From Chrysomallon squamiferum (Eukaryota > Animalia > Mollusca), in assembly GCA_012295275.1 (NCBI GenBank), contig CM022665.1, positions 24,180,001-24,244,000 on the forward strand: DNA of 64,000 bases, in the 5' to 3' direction. The number at the start of each line of letters is the position of its first letter. Positions within the stretch are counted from its first letter, which is position 1. A model generated the notes under the pieces. The model did not search any database, was not told the origin of the DNA, and was given only the letters and a program-made list of their open reading frames with translations. Below are positions 40,401-54,539 of the stretch, piece by piece. Position numbers and translations under genes: made by a program.

Positions 40401-41893
40401 TTTTTTTCCTCAAACAAAAACAGCCTTGTGTTATTAAAGGATTAAAAATTCATTTATTCAAGTCAACTCATTCTTTCATGGTCTCATTTATTATTTAAAA
40501 TGCAGATTTTTTTTTACATTTATTTTATCTTTGTTCTTGAACTCATTATAACAGTACATTTTTTTTAATGCATTAATAAACAGCTTTTTTTTTTTTTTTT
40601 TTTTTTTTAACTAATTAAACTACATTTTCTGTTTTAAAATTATTTTTTATTTATTTATTTATTTTTATAGTTATTATAATATATGTTTAACATGAGTTTA
40701 TAATCACTGTACTGCTATGTGTGAATCTATATAAATGTTTATATTTTATAACACATTATCAGGTAACACCATAAAACTAATATAATACAAATAATAAGAA
40801 ACGTCTTTATTCAAATTTTATTTAGTATTAAGCATCAAATGAAGTAATTAATGAAAGGAATACAGCTCAAAGAAAAGCATTAATGTCATAAGAATGAAAA
40901 ATTTAAAAAGATAAGAGACTGCAGTAATTTCCTTTAATTTAATAAAGTAACAGCAATTTTACTTTATTATTTTTATAAAGTGTGACATCAAAAATGTATT
41001 AAGTTAAAGCATGGAAATTTAAAGGATTTCATACATATAAAATTATGTAATTTGATTTTTCCTCAACCTTTTAGGTTTTAAAACGATTTATAATGTCAAC
41101 AAATTCTCTATCTCGGTTTTGATGAAAATAAAAATTAATTGCATTTTTTTCTTCTAAAACTTCAAAATTCATACTTTATGTTTGATTTTAATTTTTTTTT
41201 TTTAAATGATAAAAACCAAAAAAGATTACAAATTAAAAAAAAAGAAACAAACAAAAAAAGGTTCTAGCAAATCACTTTCTGCAGTAAATGCCTAAGATTA
41301 AATTCCCTATGGCTGTGAAGATGAGTGGTAAATTCCTCCATTGCAGTGCCTCTACCTGTGAGTGTGAAAGAGATGGAGCTTTTCTGTTCAGGTCTAATGG
41401 AGGTGTTTTCACACACAGTCTGTTTTTGCCATCTCATGAGATAATGATGAACCCCATTCAAGTGATTTATTTCTCAATGCTTTCTCCAGACCTATCTTTA
41501 ACACATTGATAGCCAGGCTGTTTGTGAAGTTCACTGAAATCCTGTGTAATTTAACACTGAAAGCCTTAGCTAACACAAAAGTGAAAAACTGTAATATATT
41601 GCTTTACACCTTACTTTATAGTGGCTCTTTCATACACACTCCTTATCTCTCACACTCTCTCTCACTCTGATTCTCATTTTCTTTCTTGCTTTGTTTCTCT
41701 CCCTTTACCCCCTCTCTCTTTCTTTCTCTCTCTGTCTCTCTCTCTTCCTATTTCATTATTGCACTATTTCATGCTTCTTTGACTCATGGTGTATATTCTT
41801 CAGTGTGTGTCTGTATATTGTTTCACTCTGGTGCATACCTGTCTAGAGATATTTCTATATGTGTGTGTCCGAACACACATCCATACATATACA

Positions 41894-41946
<53 letters not shown>

Positions 41947-43321
41947 ACACATGGTACAAATGTAATTATAGATACATGCGTGTCAGTATCTGTATATATA
42001 TATATATATAAATTTGTCTTTGTGTTTATATTTTTGTAGTACAATGTATATATCTGGTGTGTGAATATGAATAAATAAATATGGTTTAATATATGTATGT
42101 GTACAAATCTATGTATTCATTTATGTTTGTGTATTTCTCTATTTCAATAGTCTTTGTGATATTGAGCTTATATATAGTTTTGTAAGATATTCTCAAGTAT
42201 AATAAGGGTTACTAGGAGGGAAATTTAAAGGTGAAGCTTAAAGCATGATGAAAAGAATTTGTTTTTCAATGTAAAATAAATGAAAACAACTTCGGATTCA
42301 ATTTTATCTTCCTTTATGGAGTGTATTCACTGTTACTTTTATGACATAAAAATAAATTATATTATTTTAGTAATCTCTAGTTGAGCATTCAGACTAGAAG
42401 AATTTTATGTCTCCTTATTTTGTTATTCTTATGAAAGATATATCTTTGGGGGTACCAAACTAAAGAAAATAAAAAGACCCAAAATAAACCCAACCTATCC
42501 TACATTAATTTTGAATAGAATGATCTTTGTACCAGCTACTATTTCAGGACATAGACTTGTTATTAATTAAGTTCTCAAATCTCAACTCGTATAGCAGCCA
42601 GAATTAATTGACACAAAACTGGTAACACAGCATATAATTTATTCAAAATTTATGACCGAATTGTCCATGTGGAAATTTGTTAACTATTATTCTTTTTGTT
42701 CACAGTCAACAGTATATAAAAAAAAAAGTTTGCAATTAGGCCAGAATAAATATATTTTGACTTTTGATTCCTAAAGAAACTATTGAGCCATGGATTAATT
42801 TGCAGGTTTTATGTTTCTTGCACTGAAATGTAAATTGTTCTGAGCACTTAACACAGTGTACCATGAATACTCCAACACAAGCAAAATGCTGAATGGGTGT
42901 CACTGAAGTCAAGCACATCTCAGAAACACGAGTCTAGGGTTCCGGCATTTTTAGTAATCTTCACCTTTGAAATCTGTGATCCCCTGACAATGAAGAGACA
43001 GTTTTGAAGGCACAGTTGTATATGATACATGGTCAGCAGACAATCCAGCTCATAAAAATACACACAGACACAAATAATTATATATATAAAATAAATAATA
43101 AAAAAACTGATGTCCGATATCTGGTTTGAAAAGATATGTAAAGGTGTTGAAGTGTTTGAATGATGAGATGATAGCCGAGTTTTTAAAGTGTCAGTATCTG
43201 AAAATAATGTTTTAAATTTGGTTTTAGTTTAGTGCTGGGAATGTGTAAAATACTGAAGGAAACAGAATAGTAACTATGGGTGAGTGTTCTTATTCATTGT
43301 TTTTAATAATCTGTAAGTCTC

Positions 43322-43368
<47 letters not shown>

Positions 43369-43559
43369 AATGAATAAGAACATAGATATACATATAGACT
43401 GATAGATATATGAATGATAGGTGTCATCCAAGATGAAACAGAAATTTTAAAAAAGGTTTATTACTTTTTATTAATATTACATTTATAAAATTAAAACATA
43501 TCTATAGTGTAATAAGTCTGAATGTAAGTAATTCTAATGTATGTATCTATTATTGATAA

Positions 43560-43905
43560 CAAGGAACTCTAATATATATGTTAGTAACCCTTATATCATT
43601 ATCAGTAAATCTAATATCAATACCTGTAATAATATAAAAAAATATCAGTCAGTGTCAGTAATTCTGTTATCAGTGTCAGAAATTTTAATATTAATATCAA
43701 ATTATATCTCAGACATCAATGTCAGAAATTCTGATATCATTTTCTATCTCTAATATGAATGTCAGAAATTCTATTACCAGTATCAGTAACTCTAATATCA
43801 ATTTCTATAATTTAATGTCAGTATCGGTAACTATGATATCAATACCAAGAACGCTGATATCAGTACCAGTAACTTTACTATTATTGTCAGTAATTCTAAT
43901 TATTA
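43560..43905. repeat. Degenerate tandem repeat, unit about 21 bp (approximately TCAGTAATTCTAATATCAATG)
   Basis: Recurrent gtcagtaattct, gtcagaaattct and tcagtaactct cores followed by atatcaat/atatcagt. Confidence 0.7.
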
Positions 43906-44005
43906 AATGAATATAATCTGTTGAAGTGGACAAACTAGGTCTATTATGTCGATAGATTCCCATGATATATGAAAACATTAACTTCACACCTTTATCCCTT
44001 GAGAC

Positions 44006-44152
44006 TGTTTAAATATTTACAATAGCCGTTAATCATAGATATGTAACAACATGAAAGTAACAAAATTACTTTTTATTTTTGTATATATATATATATATAT
44101 ATATCATGTTGTTACATATCTATGTCTAACAGCTATTGTAAATATTTAAACA
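44006..44152. repeat. Inverted repeat with 49-bp arms (3 mismatches) and a 49-nt spacer containing (TA)n
   Basis: 44006-44054 is the reverse complement of 44104-44152 at 46 of 49 positions. Confidence 0.93.
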
Positions 44153-44769
44153 CTACACATTAATTGTTTTATTCTTATTTTTATCTTGGTATATACATGT
44201 ATTTAAGTATCTGGTTTAGAGGGGCATAAAGTACTATTTGAAATATGATAAAAACTTTTTTTTAATAATAATAATAATAATAATAATAATGATAGTAATA
44301 ATAACAGAACTCCGTCATCTACATTTCCAAAACAATTATAAGAAGAAAAGAATATCATTAAAAATTGGACAGCAGAACAGTAGAATTCCAGCTCAACACC
44401 ATGCAAAAACATAACAATTTATATAAAAAAAATTAAGAATAGTCTTTTTTAGAAAATATTCCAGTATTTACGGTAGTTGTAAAAAAAAAAAAAAAAAATT
44501 CCACTAACTGTGGGAAGTGTGACAATAGATAACCAACCGGGAGATGAAACTGTTATTTGTGCAGTTTCTCATGGAATGTAGACCAGTGTGACAGTGAACG
44601 GGTGAGCTGAGATGAACAAGAAATGCTGGCCTCTCCCAGGCAATAAAGTTTGTCCCTCACTGAAATTACCAATAGGAGATAAACATATATATGTTTTGTA
44701 TGTGACAACTGACTTGTTATGTGTTTATATCACTGTAGACGGAGAATATAAAATTTATATATGGGAGAT

Positions 44770-45720
44770 TTTATTTAAGGTAGGTGTAAAAAAAAAAAGT
44801 TTTAAAATTTGTCCTTGATAAAGTTTATCTTTTGCAGGAGACAGTAAATATATATTTTAGGTATGAAATTTGATTTAGTATATATATTTAAATTGGAGAA
44901 TTTTTTATTTTTAATTTTTTAATTTTAATTTATTTATTTTATTTTCATATTTTTTTTAATTATATACCTGCTTGCTGTATTTTAAATATCTGAGTGTTTA
45001 TGTCAGGTAGATATACAAAAAAAAAAAAAATAATAATAATAATAATAATGATTGTCCTTGATAAAGTTTATTATTTGCCATCTTGCAGAAAAAAATATAT
45101 TTTACATCCAAAAGTTGATTTTTAAGATATATAATTAAACTGGAGAAAATATATTTTGAGAGTTAATTTTAGTTTTTATTTAAGGTAGCTTTAAAAGAAA
45201 TAAACAAAAATAATCATTGATAAAATTTATCACAAAAATTATGCTTTCTACCAAGAGAGTAAGTTATATATTATGTATGAAGGGTGATTTAGTATATATT
45301 TTGAATGAATATCTATTTAGTTACATTTTAATTAAAAAAAAAAAAAATTAGTTCTTGATAAAAATTATAATATACCTTCTTGCAGAAGAAAGTAAATATA
45401 TTTTGTATGTGAAAGCTGATTTGGTATATTTCAGAAAATAATATATATTTTTCAGAGTTAAATAACAACAGTTTTATTTAAGGTAGGTTTGCAATGAACA
45501 ATTTATTCTTGACAAAATTTATTATATATCTTCATGCAGGAAAGAGTAAATATATTTTGTATCCAAAGACTAATGTTTATATATTTCTGACAATTATATA
45601 ACTGATTTTTTGTTTAAAGTTGCTGTTTATAAAAAGATAAAAAGAATTTCCTTGATAAAAATTATCTTATGCCTTCTTGCGTGTGAAAGTTTATCTGGTA
45701 TATTCTTTTAAATGGTAAAT
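44770..45720. repeat. Decayed tandem array, about 6 units of roughly 140-160 bp (first unit expanded)
   Basis: Anchor (c)ttgataaa/cttgacaaa near 44814, 45057, 45216, 45354, 45508 and 45651, mostly followed by ttgcag..agtaaatatattttg; tttatttaaggtag recurs near 44771, 45176 and 45474. Confidence 0.75.
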
Positions 45721-48700
45721 ACATTTTTCTGGAAGTTATATAATTTGAGATTTGTTCAAGTTGTATATAAAACAATAAATAAACAATTTCTCCTTCACTG
45801 ATTTTATCATATACATTTTGCAGATGTGCTTAATTTATTTATTTTTATGTGTATATATTTTTTAATTTTTTTTATCTTTTTATTTAATTTTTATTACTTT
45901 GATTAATTTTTTTTTATTATTATTTTTTATTTTTTATTTTTTATTTTTATTTTTTTATTTTTTTATATATTTTTTATATTTATATTTTTTTTTTTTTTTT
46001 TTTTTTTATTATTATTATTATTTTTTTAAGGAGTTGTAATATACATGATTATCTAACTATTATTTCAGGTAAAGAAACAATCTTTATTAATAGATTATAT
46101 CCTTATCCGCAATGTACCAATATAAAAACACCTACTAGTAGAAGTATTTGTATGTGACATCTACATGTCATTTTTATAACTGAGATTTCGTGGTTGCTCT
46201 GAATTATGAATGACATGATATTTATTTTGGGAAATCAGCTTCCATAATTTAGAAATACATGTCATCTATCTGTCCAGCAAGAAAACTGTTGAGTAAATTT
46301 TTCATATTTAAACAGAAATGTCATTTGAAAATAAACTGATATTACACATTAAAAAATAAAAATAAAAATAAGAATTAATCTGTCTGTCACAGAAGTTGTC
46401 AATACATGTAACATACCACCATTGTGAAAGTCACATTATAATTTTGATATGTGTCTCTTCATTTGTCATATTTGTGAATAACTGTTTCACGTTTCTGTAA
46501 ATAGAGTTTATATATCTGTTTTATATGAGATGAAGCAATAGATGTATAATACAGTTAATCATTGTTAACATCCGAGAAAGAATTTTTTTTAAAACTGGAT
46601 CTTTCATTATTACAGACCATTTTTAGGTAGGTTTTTATTTTTTATTATTATTATTATTTTAATTATTCATGGAATTCATCAATTTATACATGTAATTCAC
46701 TAATGCTGATGAGAAGGCACATGTTTTATGCATGAATGTCATTTTTGAAATAATATATTTTGTTTTGCCTGGAGCTTACATTATATAAGAGAAGTAATTT
46801 ATGCTTTTGGGTTAGCAGTAGAAATCATTACTAATTAAATTAAGTCCATTGTTTCATTTATTGTAAAATTAAAAAAGCATTATATTAATTTTGTATTTAT
46901 TATTCTGATACATAGATATAAAATAACTGAATATTCAAAAAATAAAAATAATTAAATTTTGGAACAAAACAATGTTTCTGGTGGTTAAATAATAGTAATA
47001 AAATGTATATTGAAAATTAACGTTTAAATAAATGTATATGCTTTTGTTTAAGCATACCTCTACACAGTTTTCATTTTAATTGTTATCGGGTGCTAATCGT
47101 GTTACTTTATAAAAGGTGATGCAAGTCAGTTCTAGTAAAACTAAATAGTTGTAGGTTACATGATCAATCCACTTTTGTGCATGATTTCCTGTTCCAACTA
47201 GTGCACACAACTAGTTTATTAAAGGCTGTGGCAATGACTTTACTATCTGGACCTTGCTGGTAATTCCAAAAAAGAGGAACTCACGCCAGCAGTAGGTTTC
47301 AAATCTCATTTTTCATATGGAACTTAACATGTCAGATGTAAAAACCAAAGGAAAGCAAATCTGTTTTATGTGTGAAAACCAGTTTGGTGTATTTTTGAAT
47401 ATATATTTTGTATTCATACTTATTATGTGATATAACTGTTTTAAAAATACATTTTATGTGTTGTTCTTTTCTAAAGGTAATGGTGTCTATTTTAAGACTG
47501 CTATTTCATAAAAAAATAAAAAATAAGTTTATTAAAAGACATTTCTTTTATTTTTTAAAATTTAAAATTAAATAATATTAATTTCTTTTCATTTTATATT
47601 TATTTCACTGTGGCTTTGAATAAATGATACACCAGTCAAAAAATATTATGAAAATACTGACATAAATATCCATATTGAAACAGTTTGACAATAAAAATGT
47701 TATTAGATGTTCTGAAGATCATTCTTCTAGACAGTCTTTAACCACATGTCAACAATACCAAGTCCCTGTGTCCACACAGGCATTGTTTCCAACCTCCTGC
47801 AAGATCCTGGAGGCCATTTCTAAGTCTCCAATCTCCAACTGACCATATCAGCATCTCTCCAAACAATCACCCGTTCAAGCTGAATCAAATTAAACCTTTA
47901 TTACTACAAGCTTTGTTAAAGTCTTCTTGCATCTTCAATGAGCCTCAATGCCAAAAATCTCTTAAATTTAAAAAAATTAAAAGTAACATTATTTGGTTTT
48001 TGGCCATAAATTTCATCATATCACAGCCAAACATGCAGCAGAAATGCTCACAAACAGCCATAAAAATGATGATTTGGGTTGAGTCTCTCTTTTTCTGTCT
48101 TTTTTTTTTTTTTTTTTTTTTGAATTTGTAGAGGGTGTTGGAGAGTAAATTAATTATAGAATAGCTAATTTGCTGCATTATATTGGAAGAGTTCTTGTTA
48201 AAGATGTGATATCAAGAAGAAGAAAAAATCTTGGATTTAAAAAAAAAAAAAACGTCTTCTGTTTGTTATAAGGCTGAGTAACAATGGCAGTTGGTCAGTG
48301 AATCAAATGAGTTTTAGTTATAGTTCTGTGACAAGTGGAACAGTGTTTTCATTAGCACTACTCATGATTTAAATGACAGTTGTTTCTTGATTTGAACAAT
48401 TTAGAACCAATTTTTAGCAAATCACATCAGATTATTTTAATCATTTTCAGGTTTGTTTTTCACATTCATTTTTATTACTGAGATTTTATATTTTTCATTA
48501 TATTTATTTCTTTGTTTATTTGATTGTTTATAGTTTTTCTTTACTTGTTTTTAATGTTTGTTTCAGTTTGTTTATTTCTATGTTTCTTTACATTTTTAAT
48601 TTTTTGTTTATATTACATTATATGTTTTTATTTATTTATATGTACTTGTTTATTTGCTTGTTTGATTATCTATTTTTATTATTTACTTATATTTTGTTCT

Positions 48701-50738
48701 TTTTATTTAACTTTTATAATTTTATTTGCAACCATTTAATTATTCTTATTTTATTTCTCTTTCTTTTATTTCTTTTCTTATGTTATTTTATTAATTTGGT
48801 TCTTATTTTACATTATTTTTTTTTATCTTGGGATATTTTATTTGGTGAATGTTTTAGTGCCATTCAGATCAGTAATCTATCTGTCAAGAATTTATTTTTC
48901 AGAAAAACTATTCACAATATCATTTTACACTTTACAATATCATTTTATTACCATCTATATTTAAATTATTACCCAATTACATTTTATTTATTTATTTATT
49001 CCATTGTTATTTATTTATTTATTTATCGATCTATCTTTATATCTATAAATATATCTATTTGTATTTATTCATTCATTCATTCATTTATTTATATTATACA
49101 AAATAAACAAAACAAATGACTATTCAGTATATATATTAAAATTAGAAACTATTCATTTTGAAGATTATTTAAAAATCAATTTTAATTTGCCTCTACTACT
49201 CATTTTATAGAATGGCTTTGTTATGTGTTTTTTTTTTTTTAAAGGAAAATTATGATTTCATCTCATTTTTATGAAAAATCCATATTCCAACATCTATTTA
49301 ATCTTTTTGTCTATGGATTTGTACATTTCTATTAATTTTATTATTTCTCATTATGTTTGCCTTATATAAATTTGGTATTAATCAATGTTTTCTTTGTGTC
49401 TGGTGTTGATATTCAGTTAATCAACTATCCTGAAATATGTGTATAACTGCTGAAGGTTCAAGCACAATAAGTAACCTTAAGTTGCTTGTCTGAACATTAT
49501 TAGTGTTGACATTTTCTCAGTCATTTGAAACCTTCTTATATCCTCTGTAGGTTTAGTGACATTAATTTTGTTCTGGACTTAATAAGTTTGAGTTGTCTGT
49601 GTATGTATAGTGTTAGTATGATGCTCTGTTAACTATTTGGAAATTACATATATTAGCTAAGAGACACAGATAAGATTTGATCTTGCTACTTTATTTCTAA
49701 TGTTTTCAGATCATGCTAAAATTTCATTACAATATCTGTACTTTTTTTTAAAATCATAGCCAAAACCTAAAAAAGGGGTTTCTTCAGTGTGATGAGTGTA
49801 ATTTTCAAGATGAAATGAGTTTAAGATTAAAAATAATATATTATAATAACAGATTCAGTTTTCAAAAATAATCATCTGTCAGAAAACAAAATTATGGTTG
49901 TTGTCTACCACATTATTGCTTCAAGCACATATCCCGTCTTTTACAGGAAATGTGTTTCAGTTTATGTAAATTTGTCTCAAGTGGTGAACATTAAATTATG
50001 TATCTGTACAGTGATTCATGATTTCATACTGTAATGTATACATACAGCTGCAGCACATTTATTTTATTCACTCAAATTAACATCTCAGTTTCCACATACA
50101 ATGAATACTGAAAAGTAGCTTAATGCAAAGGATTTGTATGGAAATTAGTTCTGTTCTGGCAAGAAGATGGTGGTAGTGTAATAATTACAAGTGAAGACAT
50201 AAGAGAGATGAATGTTTTCTATAAGCAAATGAAATAGGAACTAAAAGCTGCTGGTCAGAAGGTTACTGTGTTCTATGATGTACTTATCTCCAGTGTGAAG
50301 ATCATATGGAACAATTTTGTGGATTGATTTCCAAGATTTATGGCAGATTGGTAAACAAAAGAAAGATTTATGTGTTTTCTTCAAGCCATGGTATTTACCA
50401 TGTTAATTAAAGAGTGTTGGTCAGTGAGATTCCAGCATTAATATTAAAGGCTTCATCAGCCTTGTGAAATGAGGAAAATAAAACAGATTTTATGTATATT
50501 TGTATTGGCACACATTTGCCGTGATCTTCCTCTGCACTCAGTAACACTGAACCAGCTTAATTTTATTTGATTGCATGGATAACATATTTATGCTTCAATG
50601 GAAATAAAGTGAAAAGAGGTTTTTTAATTTATTTATTTTTTATTATCTTTTTAATCAAACTATAACACTTGGCAAATAATATCAGTTTTTAATACTTCAA
50701 AATAAAGCTTGATAAGTACAGTCAAAAGGATATAATAC

Positions 50739-50742
<4 letters not shown>

Positions 50743-50800
<58 letters not shown>

Positions 50801-50816
50801 TTTTTTTTTTTTTTTT
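50743..50816. repeat. (ATT)n followed by poly-T
   Basis: Read directly. Confidence 0.95.
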
Positions 50817-51675
50817 ATATTACATATTTATTTTTTGCTCATATTTATTTATTTTTTTTTTTTTGTAAACTATTAAGACTTCTTAATTTATCATTTGTTT
50901 TTTTTTTTTTTTTTTTTTTTTTCCTGCAGATTTACTTTCATATTTCTATTTTTCTTCAAGAGGAAGTAATATTTTATCATGCATATAATTATATTTCGTC
51001 AGACATTATCAACATGTTATCTATCCTTTGAATTTACTTACTTTCCACTAATCCACTGAAAAATACAATGTGTCCATTGAAAACTTTACCAACAAGACTC
51101 TTTTATTCACACCTTGACATAACAAAAGTTACACTGTACACTTCTCACAGCTTGTTCAAAGAACAAAGTCTTGTTCAGACAAATCAATATACTCAAACAC
51201 GATATCTTCACAGAGCTTTGAACAAAAAGTCCTGACTGCTTTTTAAAAAAAAACTACTTCTACTCTTGTTTGCACCAGCCTGTTTTGTTAATATGAGGAC
51301 AAGATTTGTCCATCTGAACAAAAGTATTTGCAAACACTATTCATCTTTGATCCCATGTTGTCTGCATGTGTTTTATAAGTGTGCACAGAAGTGGGATTTT
51401 TTTAAATCTTTTTTCTGTGTATGTTTACATTTCGTCTTTTACTTTGCAGACTGCATGTGTATACTTTTGTTGAAGTTTTCTGTATACATTCAGCCACTTC
51501 ATAATCAATACCAGGCTTTCTTTGTCTTATTTTAGATATGGTTTTGAGATGAATTTATCAAAAGAAAATGGTTATGTATACACATGTATGTTTATATTTT
51601 TGTATGAACGTAATTATGCACATATCTGTGTAATGTGGAAACGTGTGTATATGTATGTATGTGTGTATGTTTGTT

Positions 51676-51721
<46 letters not shown>

Positions 51722-52715
51722 TGTGTGTGTCATTGAGCTACCCTCTCCTTAAAGAAATATTCAAAGAAAAGTTTTATTTATTATTAATCTTTGACTTGAA
51801 ATATATCTATTGTCAAACAAAAAAACGGTTTTCTGACTCATTTCTGCTAATAAAATATTTATGACTGAAATGTATATTCTTTAATTATAAAGTATTTATA
51901 ACAGTGAAATTATATATTGTTAAGATAAAATAATTCACAGCTTTGTATTTCTATAATGCTTTAACAGTTCACATTCAGAAACTTTTTATAGTGGTCTTGG
52001 TTTACATTTTATTTATTATTTGCAACCAGAGAATATTTTTCAAGTTGAAACTAGTATTTATGTTCAACTTCAAACATTTTTTAAATTTAACTGTTTTTCT
52101 TTTCTTTGGGGTATCCAGAGTATTCATTTCAACAAAAATAATATTTACAAGAATCAGTTTGATACATCTTAAGTTTAAAAAACCCCAATAAATATCTTTT
52201 GATTGATTCATCAGTCTACCTGCAAAAATGCAATAAAATTATTATTTTTATTTTTTTTATTTTTAAATTTAGGTTAATGTATTTCTTTCTTGCAGTCTCC
52301 ATGAAAATAATATAATTTTTGCAAGAAAAAAAATGAAATTAAAATCTTTGTATTATTTATTGCCATCAGGCCTAACTCTGAACAAAAGGATCATAAAAAA
52401 TTTCATAAAGATTTGTATAAAAAAGAAGCTGATATTAATGCATGGACTGTTGTCATGTTCCATTGTTAAAATTGTTATTGCTGTGCAATGATGTCCCATA
52501 AACATGTCTGACTTTCAACACCAATTCATAAGTCTCTCTTGGGTTCTTCTGTCTTTCTCTGTGTCTTACTTTCTTTCTTTTATTCTTTACTGTGTTGTTT
52601 TTCTCAGGTTTTTTTTTCTCTATCTTTGTCTACCTATTTTATTTCTTCAATATTTCTGTTTCTCTCTCTCCAGTCTCTTTCTATTTCTGTCTGTCTCTTT
52701 TGGTCTGACTTTGTA

Positions 52716-52717
<2 letters not shown>

Positions 52718-52806
<89 letters not shown>
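52718..52806. repeat. (CT)n microsatellite within a pyrimidine-rich tract
   Basis: Read directly. Confidence 0.96.
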
Positions 52807-52810
<4 letters not shown>

Positions 52811-53849
52811 GTATCTATCTATTTATGTCTGTCTCTCTTTCTGTCTGACCCTATGTATCTCTGTCTCTCTATCTATCTGTATGTCTGTATTTATCTATAT
52901 CTATCCTTCTCTCTCACTTTCTTACTCTTTCCTCCTTTTTTATCCCCATCTTTTGGACTGAGGCAGGCCAGTTTTGCACACCAGATGGCATTGCAACTGG
53001 AAAGCCATAACTTGTGTTTTATTGGAAATGAGTTCCTTGCTCTTCCACTACATAAACCATTCCACCTTGTCACCAACTTCATTATTCGACATGCTTTATG
53101 GTCTGACATTTTGGACCATCTGAGACAGACCTAGTGTGCTTGGGGATTCTGCAAAAAAGTCTCGCAAGGCAATCACTCAGTATAGTTTCCTGGTAATATT
53201 TTTTTTTTTACTTCTTCCTTTTTTTTTTTTTTTTTTTTACTTTTTTCTTCACTGGGGTTTTAGCAGTTAGCCTTTTGTGCAGGCTCTTCTGAAGCTTGTT
53301 GGGAGTCCCTTATCCAATTGTTCGCATTACTGTCCTAATGATGCCAGGCAAAGAGGGGTCTTGCTGAAGGCAAAATTAATCATTATCATTATAAGGATTA
53401 TGTATGAATTCGCAGAAAACAGGAAACAAGGCCTGGCAAGTTCACTAAGAAGTCTTTATTACAGGCAGACTTAGCCAGAGATTGTTTGAAAAACTCACAG
53501 TTTGTATGGTCACTGCTGATTAATCGCATTTCACAAATGGAACGAAAAAAAGATGGGTTTTAATTGAGGTTTTTTTTTCTTCCTTTTTTCTTTGTCTGTT
53601 TTCGTTACAATGACTATCTTGAATTTGGTGATTGTGGATTCCGTTACATTATCATAACCCTAATTGAAATCATCTTTTTTTTTTTTTTTTTTTTTTTTTT
53701 ATCCAAAAGATTAACATTTATTTCTGTCAGAGAAATGCTTGTTTGATAATAGAAAGGGATTAAATCCTTCTGTCGGTGTTATTGTTCTTTTTCGTTTTAG
53801 GGTTGTAGAAAGTTAAGTAGTTGTTGAAATACGAAGTCACAAATTGTTC

Positions 53850-54065
53850 TATTACAATCACTAGTCAATTTGAATATAAACTGTCACTTGTAGATTTTAT
53901 TACAAATAGTCACTTGTAGATTTTTTTCACAAATTATCACTAATATATTTTATTACAATGTGCCACTAGTAGATATGATTACAGATTGTCAGTAGACTTC
54001 ATTCTAAATTATCACTAGTAGATTTTATTGCACTTTGTAACTAGAACGTTTTATTACAAATTGTT
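53850..54065. repeat. Degenerate tandem repeat, unit about 26 bp (approximately TCACTTGTAGATTTTATTACAAATAG)
   Basis: About 7-8 decayed copies; two near-identical copies at about 53883-53935. Confidence 0.75.
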
Positions 54066-54539
54066 GTTGTAATTATTTTTTTATTATATTTTAAAATATT
54101 TTATAGCATATTGCAGCATCAATAAAATTTTATAAAATTAATATTTGTTTTATAAAGTGACAGAAACGACACTCTTGTAAAATATGATATCACTGTGTGC
54201 GAATGATCTAATAAAACAACAATACAATTATTGCATGTGGTGTTTATAATTGAATAGAGACAATATTTAATAAATTTAAGCAGATGATTGATAGGGTGTT
54301 TTAAATCTTATGACTAATAGTATTATTATTTTTCCTGGACCAATTATTATTAATATTATTATTATTATTTATTTTATTTTTTTTTTTTTTTTTTTTTTTT
54401 TTTATTATTATTATTATTATTTTTTGGATCTTGTTAATTTTATTAAAATATTTCAAAATAATAGGTAACATGAAAGCAATATCATTATACATATAGACAC
54501 ATAGATATAAACACAGACATACCTACAATCAGACATATA

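Noticed and set aside
44006-44152. Canonical pre-miRNA
   Set aside because: The 49-nt loop, very AT-rich long stem and lack of a recognisable mature miRNA argue against it; kept only as an inverted repeat.
48520-49119. 199-aa hydrophobic ORF resembling a membrane or mitochondrial protein
   Set aside because: T-rich low-complexity DNA producing F/L/I/Y runs; no conserved motif recognised.
50890-51030. Strong acceptor-like poly-T followed by cctgcag
   Set aside because: Downstream sequence is AT-rich, soon reaches a stop and has no convincing donor.
53277-53474. Possible next KIF26 exon (phase-0 acceptor near 53282)
   Set aside because: The peptide shows no KIF26-like sequence I recognise and the frame ends in a stop without a good donor.
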